Assembly: GCA_964453275.1 (NCBI GenBank) | Contig: CAYVNT010000002.1 | Coordinates: forward strand, 206,417 to 270,416 | Source of the DNA: an uncultured Ruminiclostridium sp. | Lineage (GTDB): Bacteria; Bacillota; Clostridia; Oscillospirales; Oscillospiraceae | Direction of reading: 5' to 3' | Length of the DNA: 64,000 nt | Part shown: positions 1 through 9,204 of the stretch, in pieces | How the letters are laid out: each line of letters starts with the position of its first letter | Numbering within the stretch: the first letter of the stretch is position 1 | The notes under the pieces: model-generated | Database searches by the model: none | Told to the model about the DNA's origin: nothing | What the model saw: only the letters and a program-made list of their open reading frames with translations | Translations under genes and position numbers: made by a program

Positions 1-225
1 GCCAAGCAGCACACTGATGACACCATAGATCAGCATGGCCAAAAGCGGCTTCCACGGCGTTTCCAACTCGGTCGCCATCTCTGCTGCAATTGAGCCGATG
101 GTAATACCGGTGATGTAGTCGAAAAAATCCAGCTGCGCAATCTGTTTGTGGCCGACAATTTTAGCGATGATAAAAAGAATGACGAAGGACAGCGTCGCCG
201 TCAAAAACAATTTGAGTACATCCAT
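1..225 (-). CDS. DUF421/YetF family membrane protein (runs off the window edge)
   Basis: Manual translation from ATG at 225 (GAGGTG RBS): MDVLKLFLTATLSFVILFIIAKIVGHKQIAQLDFFDYITGITIGSIAAEM, the characteristic GxKQIxQLxxFDYIxGITIGSIAA motif. Confidence 0.85.
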   Translation of the reverse strand, partial: MDVLKLFLTATLSFVILFIIAKIVGHKQIAQLDFFDYITGITIGSIAAEMATELETPWKPLLAMLIYGVISVLLG

Positions 226-357
226 CGTGGCACCTCACTTTTACATACTGCACTTAGTCTGCCACCTGAATCGAAAATCATTCTATATTCATCGAAGAAA
301 AAAGCTTGCACAAACAGACAAGTGTCCGCTGTGCAAGCTTTTTGATGGATCAAAGGT

Positions 358-1437
358 TTAGGCTTCCGGCTTATCGTGCAGAACGCAGCGCCTGCCCTCG
401 CGCTCCCAGAGCACGAAACACTTGGAGCAGCTGATGCACTTGGCATCCTCGCCCGCTTCCAAATGACGGATCAAGTCGGGCTGCGCGATGAAGGGACGCG
501 CCATGGAGATAAAGTCCATGCCCGCTGCCAGCACTTCATCCAAGTCGGCCTGGCTGCGCACGCCGCCCACTAAGATCAAAGGTGTCTGAACCGCCGCGCG
601 CACCGCCTTGGCCCGCTCCATATAATAATTGTGGTTCTTGGCCTTACCCTGGGCAATCCAGTCAAAACCGGACAGTTCAATGGCGTCCACGCCAAGAGCC
701 TCAAACTGTTGGCAGAAGTAGACGATATCATTGGCAAAGGCCACGTCTGCTTCGCCGGCACAGTTGGTGTTGACCTTCACCAGGATGGGATACTCGTCGC
801 CCAAAGCGGCGCGTAGCGCAAGCAAGATCTTTTTCACGAAACGGAAGCGGTTTTCGGCGCTCCCGCCAAATTCGTCGCTTCTCTGGTTAAAGTTGGGGTC
901 CAGGAACTGGTTGAGCAAGTAACCATGCGCACAGTGCAGCTGCACGGCGTCAAAACCGATCTGCTTTCCCTTGACGGCGGCCTTGACATAATCCTCACAC
1001 AGACGATCCATATCCTGCGTGGTGATCTCCCGCGTCATCAGACCATTGGGTGCCTTCATGTTGCCCGAGGGGGCGAGCGGCGTGGGATCGGGCAGATCGG
1101 GGGTGAAGAAGACGTTCTGGCCGGCGTGGTTGATTTGCAGCGCAATCTTTGCGCCCTTTGCGTGTACCGCATCCACCACCTTCTTCTGGCTGGCATAGTG
1201 TTCTTCCTGACAAAAACCGACCTGAATGGGCGTGGCTCTGCCTTCGGGAGATACATATGTATACGCAGTGATCAGGAACGGAACGCCACTGGCGGCGATC
1301 TCACTGTGCAGGTCGATCTGCGCCTGCGTGGCGGTCCCGTCGGGCGGGCCAAAGGGATCCTGTGTGGCGGAGCGGATTAAGCGGTTGGGTAAGTTGAGCG
1401 TACCGATCTTTCCGGCTGTAAAGAGTTGAGAGGACAT
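358..1437 (-). CDS. NADH:flavin oxidoreductase, Old Yellow Enzyme family
   Basis: LPNRLIRSAT start, QINHAG, DAVQLHCAHGYLLNQFL, NQRSDEFGGSAENRFRF; C-terminal CISCSKC...C. Confidence 0.92.
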   Translation of the reverse strand: MSSQLFTAGKIGTLNLPNRLIRSATQDPFGPPDGTATQAQIDLHSEIAASGVPFLITAYTYVSPEGRATPIQVGFCQEEHYASQKKVVDAVHAKGAKIALQINHAGQNVFFTPDLPDPTPLAPSGNMKAPNGLMTREITTQDMDRLCEDYVKAAVKGKQIGFDAVQLHCAHGYLLNQFLDPNFNQRSDEFGGSAENRFRFVKKILLALRAALGDEYPILVKVNTNCAGEADVAFANDIVYFCQQFEALGVDAIELSGFDWIAQGKAKNHNYYMERAKAVRAAVQTPLILVGGVRSQADLDEVLAAGMDFISMARPFIAQPDLIRHLEAGEDAKCISCSKCFVLWEREGRRCVLHDKPEA

Positions 1438-1735
1438 GAGGCTTGTCTCCTTTATCGTCTAAATTTCCAAACCATGCTTCCTGCATGGCACTATCTTTTT
1501 CATTGTAACAAAACTGCACTAAAAAGCAAGGAAAACTTTTTATCGCGCCCTTCCCGTCTGAACTTGTCAAAACGCAACATTTCATGCAGCTTTTTCTCAC
1601 ACTTCTTAGTCAACTTTCTGGTATTCACTTATTGTTCATAAATTGATTGACAGTTTGCCCAAAAATACGATAAGATTATATCCGACTTTTCGGTTTCATG
1701 TCAAATCACAAACAACAAGAAAGGGGCTTATTCTC

Positions 1736-2281
1736 ATGCCTGTCAACCCTGAAGCCATCGGCGTATTTGGCCTGTTTGCCACCGTCATCTGTTTTGGTCT
1801 GGAGCAAATCGGCGTCGGTATCACCAAAAACACCGACCATGAAAAAATGCACCGCAGCCTTGCCTATGTCGCGCTCTTTTTCGGCTGTTTCTGTCAGCTC
1901 TTTACCGGACTTTGGATGTTCCTGTTCTCTGTCGGTGGGACACATAGCAAATTCCTCGGCGCCATCTTCACGTTCTTCGGCATGTTCTGGCTGATCGTCT
2001 CCTTCTTCTTCTTAAAGGGTGGCGATAAAAAGGTCATGGCGCACTTCTTCTTTACCGGCCTGATTTTTGTCATTCTCTTTACCATCCGCGCGTTCCAGGA
2101 TGGCCTGGTTTGGCCTCTTGGCATTGACCTGATTGTCATTGATGTTCTCCTGGTCACGCTGATCTTGGGCTGGTATACGGAAAAACCGGTCTTCACCAAG
2201 TTTGCCGGTATCTGCAACCTGGCGATCGCCTTCATCTCCTTCTTCCTGATGTATCCGCACATCCTCGCCGCCGGGCATTAA
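1736..2281 (+). CDS. GPR1/FUN34/YaaH (SatP-like) acetate/small-acid channel
   Basis: Six hydrophobic helices; NPEAIGVFG resembles the NPAPLGL motif; FFGCFCQLFTG and FFGMFW. Start moved to the ATG after AAGGGG. Confidence 0.65.
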   Translation: MPVNPEAIGVFGLFATVICFGLEQIGVGITKNTDHEKMHRSLAYVALFFGCFCQLFTGLWMFLFSVGGTHSKFLGAIFTFFGMFWLIVSFFFLKGGDKKVMAHFFFTGLIFVILFTIRAFQDGLVWPLGIDLIVIDVLLVTLILGWYTEKPVFTKFAGICNLAIAFISFFLMYPHILAAGH

Positions 2282-2348
2282 TTGTCTGGTAATGTTAACT
2301 CTCTGAAACCGTGAAAAGTACCCTGCTGCTTGAATTATTTTTACATGT

Positions 2349-2383
2349 AAAAGGCGGTCGCTCCTAGGAGCGACCGCCTTTTT
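2349..2383. terminator. Bidirectional intrinsic terminator
   Basis: Perfect palindrome AAAAGGCGGTCGCTCCTAGGAGCGACCGCCTTTT between convergent genes. Confidence 0.9.
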
Positions 2384-2405
2384 GTCTTTCGGTGTTTCTA
2401 TCAAC

Positions 2406-5400
2406 TTACCCTAATTTTGCTGTCCAGTAGGCTTTACCCAACTTGTCGCCCGTGATCGGATCCACATTAGAATGGAATTCCATAGTAAGTTTGCCACCCG
2501 GGTTGCCTGGTTCATCCACAATATCATGCAAGAAACTAATTTTCGTGCCATCTTTAATGTTTACAAAATCAATCGTGATACCAGAAATACAATCCGATGG
2601 AGAACCTGTTAGCGTAACGTTACCGTCTGTATTTTTGCTGATCATGACATTATCCCTGCTTTGCAATGCCGCGTTTGTCAGCTTCACGGTTTTACTGCCT
2701 GAAGTATCCTTAAAGATATAATAGAGGCCTTCTGTAAAGCCTACAGAAACTGAACCCCTATAATACTCATTATCACCTGTTTCAATGCTTCCGCCAATCT
2801 CATCCTTAATCTGTGGCGCTTTGCTATCGAGCGGGGACATTCTTCTAATCAATGCCACTTCTGAGGGATCGCCTGCTGGCTCAGAGCCGACATATTTTTG
2901 TGCAAAGGCAAAAATATCATATTCTACGCCATACTCCAATCCCGGGAAGCTAAGCGTAAATTGTTTGCCCGCGTACACATCAATCACCCCAGTGGCCACC
3001 GGATCTCCCGTGCTTTTCGCATTGAGAATATCGTCTGGCGTTGGTGTTTGTTTACCGGTTGTATAGACCACATAATGCATCCTGGCATCGGAATCCCAGG
3101 CGCCGGTAACGGACACAGCTCCCTTACTTCCCTGATATGCCAGCTTCTGAAGTATGAGCGGACTGGTGATCCTGGTGGTGGTGAATGTTCCCTTGTAGAC
3201 ATCCGAATTGCCGCCCGCACCCTTCAAATAGTAGTAGACAACATATTTCTTTTCAGGTATCAAGCCCGTCATAGTGTGTTGTGTCGGCACAATTAGATCT
3301 TCCACCTTAAAAGAGCCGGCGGAATAGCCAAGGCTTGTATTGGATGTCGCATTATCAATATCAAACTGCGTAGGTTGCGTGATATCCTTAGTATCGGGCG
3401 CCGCATAGTAGCGCACGGTACAAGCCTTGCTTGGCTTAATCGCCATCACAGCCTGGCGGTCACCTGCTGTATATTTCACACTTTTGACGTCGACAGTGGG
3501 CGCCACTTCGTCTGACATGGTGATGTTGAGCTTAAACGGATTGGGGTTGGTCACAACAGAGACATCCCCTCTGTCCACAGCGTCCTTCAAGCGTGTCTCG
3601 AATGTGGCTGCTTCACCTTTTAAGCTGGGAACATTGTTGCCAATCAAACCGTTCATGGTCAGGTTAATTTCTTTTGATATAGGCGTTGGTCCAACTTCCG
3701 GAATGGGTGTATTTTCGATCTTGGTCAGTCTGATCGCGAAGTAAGTTTCCTTCAAGTTTTTATACGCCGTTTTATTACCGATCACGCTTGTGATGGGAAC
3801 CACCTGATCTGCGAGAAGCGCATGGGTCGTATTATTCACAAGCTCCAGCTTATCCATCGTTTCTCCGCTGTACAGTTTAAATTCGACGGAGACATCCGTG
3901 CGCAGCATAATATCAAAATAAATATTGTTGCCGGTGTTCTGCGCTTCCGGGCTGATGAAGAACGCGGCATGGAACTTTGTGCTATCAAAGTTTGATTCTT
4001 TTGAGAAACTCGTCAAGGGCGGCACTGTTTTAAATATCAAACTGGTGCCGGTCTTCATCTCATTCTTTGAGGTGTCCCTGATATAATAGTTCTTTTCAAA
4101 GCTCAGATCAAAGCGATATTTATTGTTATTGGACAAGGAGATTGCCTCCGGCGGGAAGGTGATCACCGTCTTGGCGTTGACATCTTCCACGGTCACCTTC
4201 GTCCAGTCAATGGGAGATTCTTTCTCCTTGGCCGGTGTGGTATCCATCAGGCGGATATACTTGGTCAGTGCGTTTTTGTTGTCGGCGAACAGCTTGGAAA
4301 GGCGGATATGATCCCCGTTGGCGTCGGTTTGCGCGCCGCAGACGATTTCTGAGAAGGTCATCACGACCGGGCTATCCACGCTAAACGCCTCACCGATGAT
4401 CTGCGCGCTGCTCAGGGCGACCGTCGGCGCTTTCACGTCCTTGGTTTTGGCTTCCATCATATAGAGGTTGGACTGGTTACCATTCTTGTCTTCCAACAAG
4501 AAATAGAAGTCATAGGGCATTTCCGATTCGAGTGCGGAAGCCGTGATCTTATAACCAGTGTTGGCCTTGGCTGCGGTCGCCTTACCGGACTTATTCACAT
4601 TGATGGCGTTTTTGACAATGTCCTTCGACTTTTGATTCATCAAGTCAGGGCTGCCGGCATATTCAGGCAATATCTTTTTGCCGCTGGTGACAGAAACCCA
4701 ATACACCGTACAGGGTTCATCCACCATATAGTCAATGGGAATGGTTTTTTCGGTGATCGCACCGATTTTGGGATAATCCTCTTTAAAGGCAGGAGGCGTA
4801 GTATCCTTGGTGGTAAAGGGCAGCTTATATGGTGTTTTTGACATATTGTCGGCGCTATCGCGCAAGACAACATAAAACATATAGTCAGTGTATTCTTGCA
4901 GGCCGGACAGATCAATGTCGGTGGCGGTGTTCAGCGTTCCGCCACGCGTCACACCCTTGAGTTTTGAGCCGGGTACATTTTGCGCATAGAGCTGATCGAC
5001 AGTCGGCGCAATGGCCTTATTCTCCATGACCGCCCAGTAGAACGAAGTGCTCTTATTCGGCATCACGGTGATGATGCCGCCGTCCTGCCGCGCAGTGGTC
5101 AGCTTGGGGTAGCCGGCCAACAGTGTGGGGATAACATTGTCCACCGTAGTGACCGTATTTTTCACCACTTCAGACTGCTTACCGCGCAGATCCACAAACA
5201 GAGAGTACACCACATATTCCGTGCCCGCTTTTTGGCCGGAGACCGCCACGGTGGCTTCCTTTTCCGGCAGGGCATTCAAGGTGCCGGACTTCAGGGCATC
5301 CTTGGGCGGCGTATTTTTGGCGAGCAGCGCGTCGGCGCTGGGCTTGGGTGCGCCGGGCAGATAAACACCGTAGTAAATCTTGCCTGGTTTATTGGTCATA

Positions 5401-6779
5401 TAGTACTCGGTAAAGCCTGTGGGCAAAATTTTATCAGCATTGGGATAGCCGGAGGCGAAATCAGGACTCATACCGTCCACTTCGGCTTCCAGAGACGTCA
5501 TCTTTTTACCATTGATGGTAGCCGTCACGCCAGGACGGATATAGATATGCTCGGGCAACTGTGCAATGCTCACGCCGTCATTGTTGATCAGCACGCTGTA
5601 AATCTTACCTGTTCCGGTCACGGTTGCGCCAGTATCAAAATAAATGGCGTTGGTTTTCGTGTCTTTTTCAAGGAAGATCTTTGCACCTGTGGCAGCTTCG
5701 TCGACCTGAATGGTGTCCACTTCACCCTTATAGAGATTCAACACAGCGCCGGGGCTGAGCAGGCGCACTTCGCCAAAGGTACCACGCAGGTTAAGGGTGG
5801 TGCCGCTGGGTCCATTGACTGTTACGTTTTCAAAACCATTATAATTGTTGGAGAGTTCTTCCAAATACGTGCTTGATTTGATCGTTGTGTTTTCCACCGT
5901 TGTGGAGCGATCGGTTTTCAGCGTTAAGATCTTTCTCTTTGCCACATCCACGGTCAGGTTATTGATGGTGCAATCGGTCAAGGTGACGCTGCTCTCGCCA
6001 ACGTTACTTTCACCGGCGCCGCTGATGATCATCTCGCCGTTGACCTGCACATTGCGCAGGTTAACATAACCCAGACCAACGCCCTCGGTGATATAGAGGT
6101 CACCGGTGACGATGACATTGGAGAGCGTCACGCCGGAGGAGGCAATGGTCAAATTGCCATTGACCGTGCTGCCGCTATAGGGGGACTCATCAGAGACAAT
6201 TTCACCGGCCACTTCAGAGATGAGTTTGGCCGCCTCGCCACGGGTAATGTTATTCTGCGGACGGAAGGTATTGTCTGCGTAACCATTGACAATGCCCTTT
6301 TCCACAGAGGAATTGATAAAGCCGCGGCTCCAGCTGGAGAAGTTGCGCTCATCGTCCATTTTAAAGTCCAAGCCATCGCGGCCTTCGATCTTCAGGGCAC
6401 GACAAAGCATGCTGACCGCCTCTTCACGGGTCAACTTGCCGTTGGGGTTGGCGCCTTTGCCGTCACCCTGCATATAGCCCTGGCCGGCAGCAATGCTAAT
6501 GTCATTGGCAAACCAGGAAGTGGCCGGAACATCCTTAAAACTCTTTGTGCTTTTCTCATAGAAGCCAAAGGCTCGGTTCATCATCGTCGCAAATTCTGCG
6601 CGCGTGATCGAATCGTCAGGGCGCAAATTGCCTTTGGCGTCCCCTTTCATGACAGTGCGTCGAACCAAGTTCTGCAGATAAGGGTCTGCCCAGTGTGCCG
6701 CGCTGGCATTTGGGGCAACGCTCACCCACAGACACAAGCTTAACATCAGAACCATCGTGTACGAAATCAGCCTTTTCAT
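2406..6779 (-). CDS. Secreted S-layer homology (SLH) protein with tandem Fn3/Ig-like beta domains, 1457 aa
   Basis: Signal peptide; three N-terminal SLH motifs (LRPDDSITRAEF, NPNGKLTREEA, FRPQNNITRGEA); repeated P-x-F/L-x-x-GYPK beta modules. Confidence 0.88.
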   Translation of the reverse strand: MKRLISYTMVLMLSLCLWVSVAPNASAAHWADPYLQNLVRRTVMKGDAKGNLRPDDSITRAEFATMMNRAFGFYEKSTKSFKDVPATSWFANDISIAAGQGYMQGDGKGANPNGKLTREEAVSMLCRALKIEGRDGLDFKMDDERNFSSWSRGFINSSVEKGIVNGYADNTFRPQNNITRGEAAKLISEVAGEIVSDESPYSGSTVNGNLTIASSGVTLSNVIVTGDLYITEGVGLGYVNLRNVQVNGEMIISGAGESNVGESSVTLTDCTINNLTVDVAKRKILTLKTDRSTTVENTTIKSSTYLEELSNNYNGFENVTVNGPSGTTLNLRGTFGEVRLLSPGAVLNLYKGEVDTIQVDEAATGAKIFLEKDTKTNAIYFDTGATVTGTGKIYSVLINNDGVSIAQLPEHIYIRPGVTATINGKKMTSLEAEVDGMSPDFASGYPNADKILPTGFTEYYMTNKPGKIYYGVYLPGAPKPSADALLAKNTPPKDALKSGTLNALPEKEATVAVSGQKAGTEYVVYSLFVDLRGKQSEVVKNTVTTVDNVIPTLLAGYPKLTTARQDGGIITVMPNKSTSFYWAVMENKAIAPTVDQLYAQNVPGSKLKGVTRGGTLNTATDIDLSGLQEYTDYMFYVVLRDSADNMSKTPYKLPFTTKDTTPPAFKEDYPKIGAITEKTIPIDYMVDEPCTVYWVSVTSGKKILPEYAGSPDLMNQKSKDIVKNAINVNKSGKATAAKANTGYKITASALESEMPYDFYFLLEDKNGNQSNLYMMEAKTKDVKAPTVALSSAQIIGEAFSVDSPVVMTFSEIVCGAQTDANGDHIRLSKLFADNKNALTKYIRLMDTTPAKEKESPIDWTKVTVEDVNAKTVITFPPEAISLSNNNKYRFDLSFEKNYYIRDTSKNEMKTGTSLIFKTVPPLTSFSKESNFDSTKFHAAFFISPEAQNTGNNIYFDIMLRTDVSVEFKLYSGETMDKLELVNNTTHALLADQVVPITSVIGNKTAYKNLKETYFAIRLTKIENTPIPEVGPTPISKEINLTMNGLIGNNVPSLKGEAATFETRLKDAVDRGDVSVVTNPNPFKLNITMSDEVAPTVDVKSVKYTAGDRQAVMAIKPSKACTVRYYAAPDTKDITQPTQFDIDNATSNTSLGYSAGSFKVEDLIVPTQHTMTGLIPEKKYVVYYYLKGAGGNSDVYKGTFTTTRITSPLILQKLAYQGSKGAVSVTGAWDSDARMHYVVYTTGKQTPTPDDILNAKSTGDPVATGVIDVYAGKQFTLSFPGLEYGVEYDIFAFAQKYVGSEPAGDPSEVALIRRMSPLDSKAPQIKDEIGGSIETGDNEYYRGSVSVGFTEGLYYIFKDTSGSKTVKLTNAALQSRDNVMISKNTDGNVTLTGSPSDCISGITIDFVNIKDGTKISFLHDIVDEPGNPGGKLTMEFHSNVDPITGDKLGKAYWTAKLG

Positions 6780-6879
6780 GTCTCAATCTCCCGTGCTAAA
6801 GTTTTATCAAAGTATACCATATGGCCTGCCTTGTTGCAATGCCTTTCCGCGCTTTTTCAGCCGTATGATACAAAATTCA

Positions 6880-6910
6880 ACAGGGCATGGCCACATCAAC
6901 CATGCCCTGT
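6880..6910. terminator. Hairpin, probable terminator of the upstream minus-strand gene
   Basis: ACAGGGCATGG-N9-CCATGCCCTGT. Confidence 0.6.
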
Positions 6911-7017
6911 ATAAACATCGGCAAATCTTCCAAATACATAATAGATTTGGTGCAAAATGGGGGCAAAAACAGTCCTGATAAACACGTCCAATTTTTACCG
7001 TTTCTAAGCGGCCACCG

Positions 7018-7506
7018 TCAGGCGTAGGTATCAATCATCTTATCGCCCTTTTGGGGCGGCTCCGGCGTATGATTTCCACGCGTGGTGGTACGCGTGGTGC
7101 CGCCGGAAATATAGACCTTGCCGCACTCCGGACAGATGGCGTTATGATAGGTCACAGATTGGGAGACAACTTGGCGACCTTCCCGCTTGGCCTTGCCCTG
7201 CTCACGGCTCACGTGTTCTTGTTCATGGCCTCGCACGGCTGAAGCCACCTGACTGGGCGCGATTTTCGTCGCCGTTTTAAAGGAAACCCCGGCGTCATTA
7301 GAACCGTCCTGGTAGGTTCGATTTTCACAGGTGCTGCATTCTTTTGCATTATTCAAACGCTTGGTATCCTGCGATTCCTGCGTCCCGCCCGCCGATAGGC
7401 CCTCAATTCCACCTGGATCACGGCGGTCCATTAAGGAGCGGCGATAATTATCATATATCTCCCACGCATCGGCGGGTTTATCTTTCCCGAGGGCATCAAT
7501 TTTCAT
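7018..7506 (-). CDS. Small HExxH/CxxC protein, SprA-related (CJM1_0395-like) family
   Basis: Start at ATG 7506 after GGGAGG; CSTC, AVRGHEQEHV, CPECG, YISGGTTRT. Confidence 0.6.
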   Translation of the reverse strand: MKIDALGKDKPADAWEIYDNYRRSLMDRRDPGGIEGLSAGGTQESQDTKRLNNAKECSTCENRTYQDGSNDAGVSFKTATKIAPSQVASAVRGHEQEHVSREQGKAKREGRQVVSQSVTYHNAICPECGKVYISGGTTRTTTRGNHTPEPPQKGDKMIDTYA

Positions 7507-7651
7507 CTCAAGTCCTCCCTTTACTCTGCTCAAGTGTTCCATAGACAGGATACAGGATATAGTAACTTTACATGAATATGATATCACAATTCGACGATCG
7601 CTGCAATCCATATTTTTCATTCACAGAACAACGCATCTCGGTGATAGAAAC

Positions 7652-7689
7652 AAAAAAGCGCGGAGGTGATGAAACACTTCCGCGCCTTT
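7652..7689 (-). terminator. Intrinsic terminator
   Basis: A-tract plus GCGCGGAGGTG...CACTTCCGCGC stem. Confidence 0.75.
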
Positions 7690-7732
7690 CCAAACACAGG
7701 AAAACCGTTGCAAACGCTGAGGGGGTGGCGTT

Positions 7733-8635
7733 TTACTGCGGTACTTCTGTCAAGGTAATATTGCCGTCGGCATCCGTTCTGGCGGAGATAGGAGCATCGG
7801 GCGTCTGCTCAGCGTCTGCGTCGGCTGCGCTGTCCGGCTCCCACAAACCTTCCAGGTACTGCTTTGCCTGCGCCGGATCTGCCTTAGCGGGGTCAAGCGG
7901 CAGATCAAACAGCAGGTTGACGCCCTGGAACGAGGGATTTGGCGTCACCAAACCGCTTTCGGCATCGTAATCAAAGGCCTCCACGCTATAAAAGTTGGTG
8001 GAGCTGACGATCAGAGAGAGGCCGCGGTCTGCAAACATGTCCAGGCCGTCGCATTCAATCATATAATACTGAACGCCGTCGACAACACAAGTGACATACG
8101 CACCGCCCATGCTGGCAATATTAAACTGCCAGGGGTTTTGGCCGTGGATCAGCGGCGAGACAAAAAACGGTGTCGCGCCATAGTCCGGGTCAGAGGTTTT
8201 GGGCATGGCGCTGCCATCCTCTTTGGCGATGGCCAGAACGGCATAGCTTTTGTTTTCTTGGATATCCTCGGCAAACTGGCTCAGCCCTTTGCCGGACACC
8301 ATACCCAGTAAAGTGACGTCAAATCCGTCCTGGGATTTGGTCTGATTGAGAATGATCGCCTCGTTGCCGCGGAAAGCTTCGGCCACGGCTGTGTGACCCA
8401 GCTGGTTGGCCACATCAGCCGGAGAGAGAAAGTGCCAGGCCGCCAAAGCGGACACGGACATGGTTGCCACCAGGGCTACCGCTACAGCGGGACGTAAAAA
8501 GATTGAACGATGTTTTTTCATTGGGATTGCTTCCTCCATTCTTACCTTCAGTGCTTGATTGAGAGAAGGGGCGGGTTGTGCCGTCGAGGAAAGGGCCTCT
8601 TTATAAGATGGCTCGAAACAGTCTGGCTTCTTCAT
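7733..8635 (-). CDS. Probable membrane-anchored anti-sigma factor (DUF4179-like)
   Basis: Overlaps the ECF sigma stop; short N-terminal domain, one TM helix (PAVAVALVATMSVSALAAW), extracytoplasmic domain with QTKSQDGFDVTLLG. Confidence 0.6.
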   Translation of the reverse strand: MKKPDCFEPSYKEALSSTAQPAPSLNQALKVRMEEAIPMKKHRSIFLRPAVAVALVATMSVSALAAWHFLSPADVANQLGHTAVAEAFRGNEAIILNQTKSQDGFDVTLLGMVSGKGLSQFAEDIQENKSYAVLAIAKEDGSAMPKTSDPDYGATPFFVSPLIHGQNPWQFNIASMGGAYVTCVVDGVQYYMIECDGLDMFADRGLSLIVSSTNFYSVEAFDYDAESGLVTPNPSFQGVNLLFDLPLDPAKADPAQAKQYLEGLWEPDSAADADAEQTPDAPISARTDADGNITLTEVPQ

Positions 8636-9143
8636 TGGGTTTCGCCTCCAATCGTTTTTGAATCAACGCGCGCGCTTTATGTAATCTGCTTTTGACTGTG
8701 CCGGAAGGAATACCTAACACATCTGCAATGCCGGAGATATCCATATCCAAGGTGTAGTAGAGATAGAGCGGGATACGATAGATATCGTTTAAATCATCGC
8801 TGATCACGCGGATGTTCTGATGGATGTCCTGCGTGATGACCCGCTCCTCCACGTCTTCCCTGGCCTGCACCTGTTCCGCCTCATCGAGCGACACGGTTGG
8901 GGCAAGACGCTGGCGACGGGCATACTTGCGGCAATTGTTCTTCCAGATCTTCACAGACATAGACAACAGGTATGCCTTCGGATTTCTGTTTTGGTCTATC
9001 TTATGGCACTTTTCCAGCGCCGCCAAAAACGTCTCCTGATATAAATCATCGGCATCGGTCTGATTGCGTGTGAGTTTATGGCAGAAACGGTATACCGCCG
9101 TGCCGTGTTCATCCACCAGATCAATCATATCTTCTGCTTGCAT
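8601..9143 (-). CDS. ECF RNA polymerase sigma-70 factor
   Basis: DADDLYQETF (region 2) and IADVLGIPSGTVKSRLHKAR (region 4). Confidence 0.93.
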   Translation of the reverse strand: MQAEDMIDLVDEHGTAVYRFCHKLTRNQTDADDLYQETFLAALEKCHKIDQNRNPKAYLLSMSVKIWKNNCRKYARRQRLAPTVSLDEAEQVQAREDVEERVITQDIHQNIRVISDDLNDIYRIPLYLYYTLDMDISGIADVLGIPSGTVKSRLHKARALIQKRLEAKPNEEARLFRAIL

Positions 9144-9204
9144 GGTTTTCTTCCTCCTTCCGGGGCCCCTTCACTAGAGTATTGGTCACGAGGAAAACAA
9201 TGGT

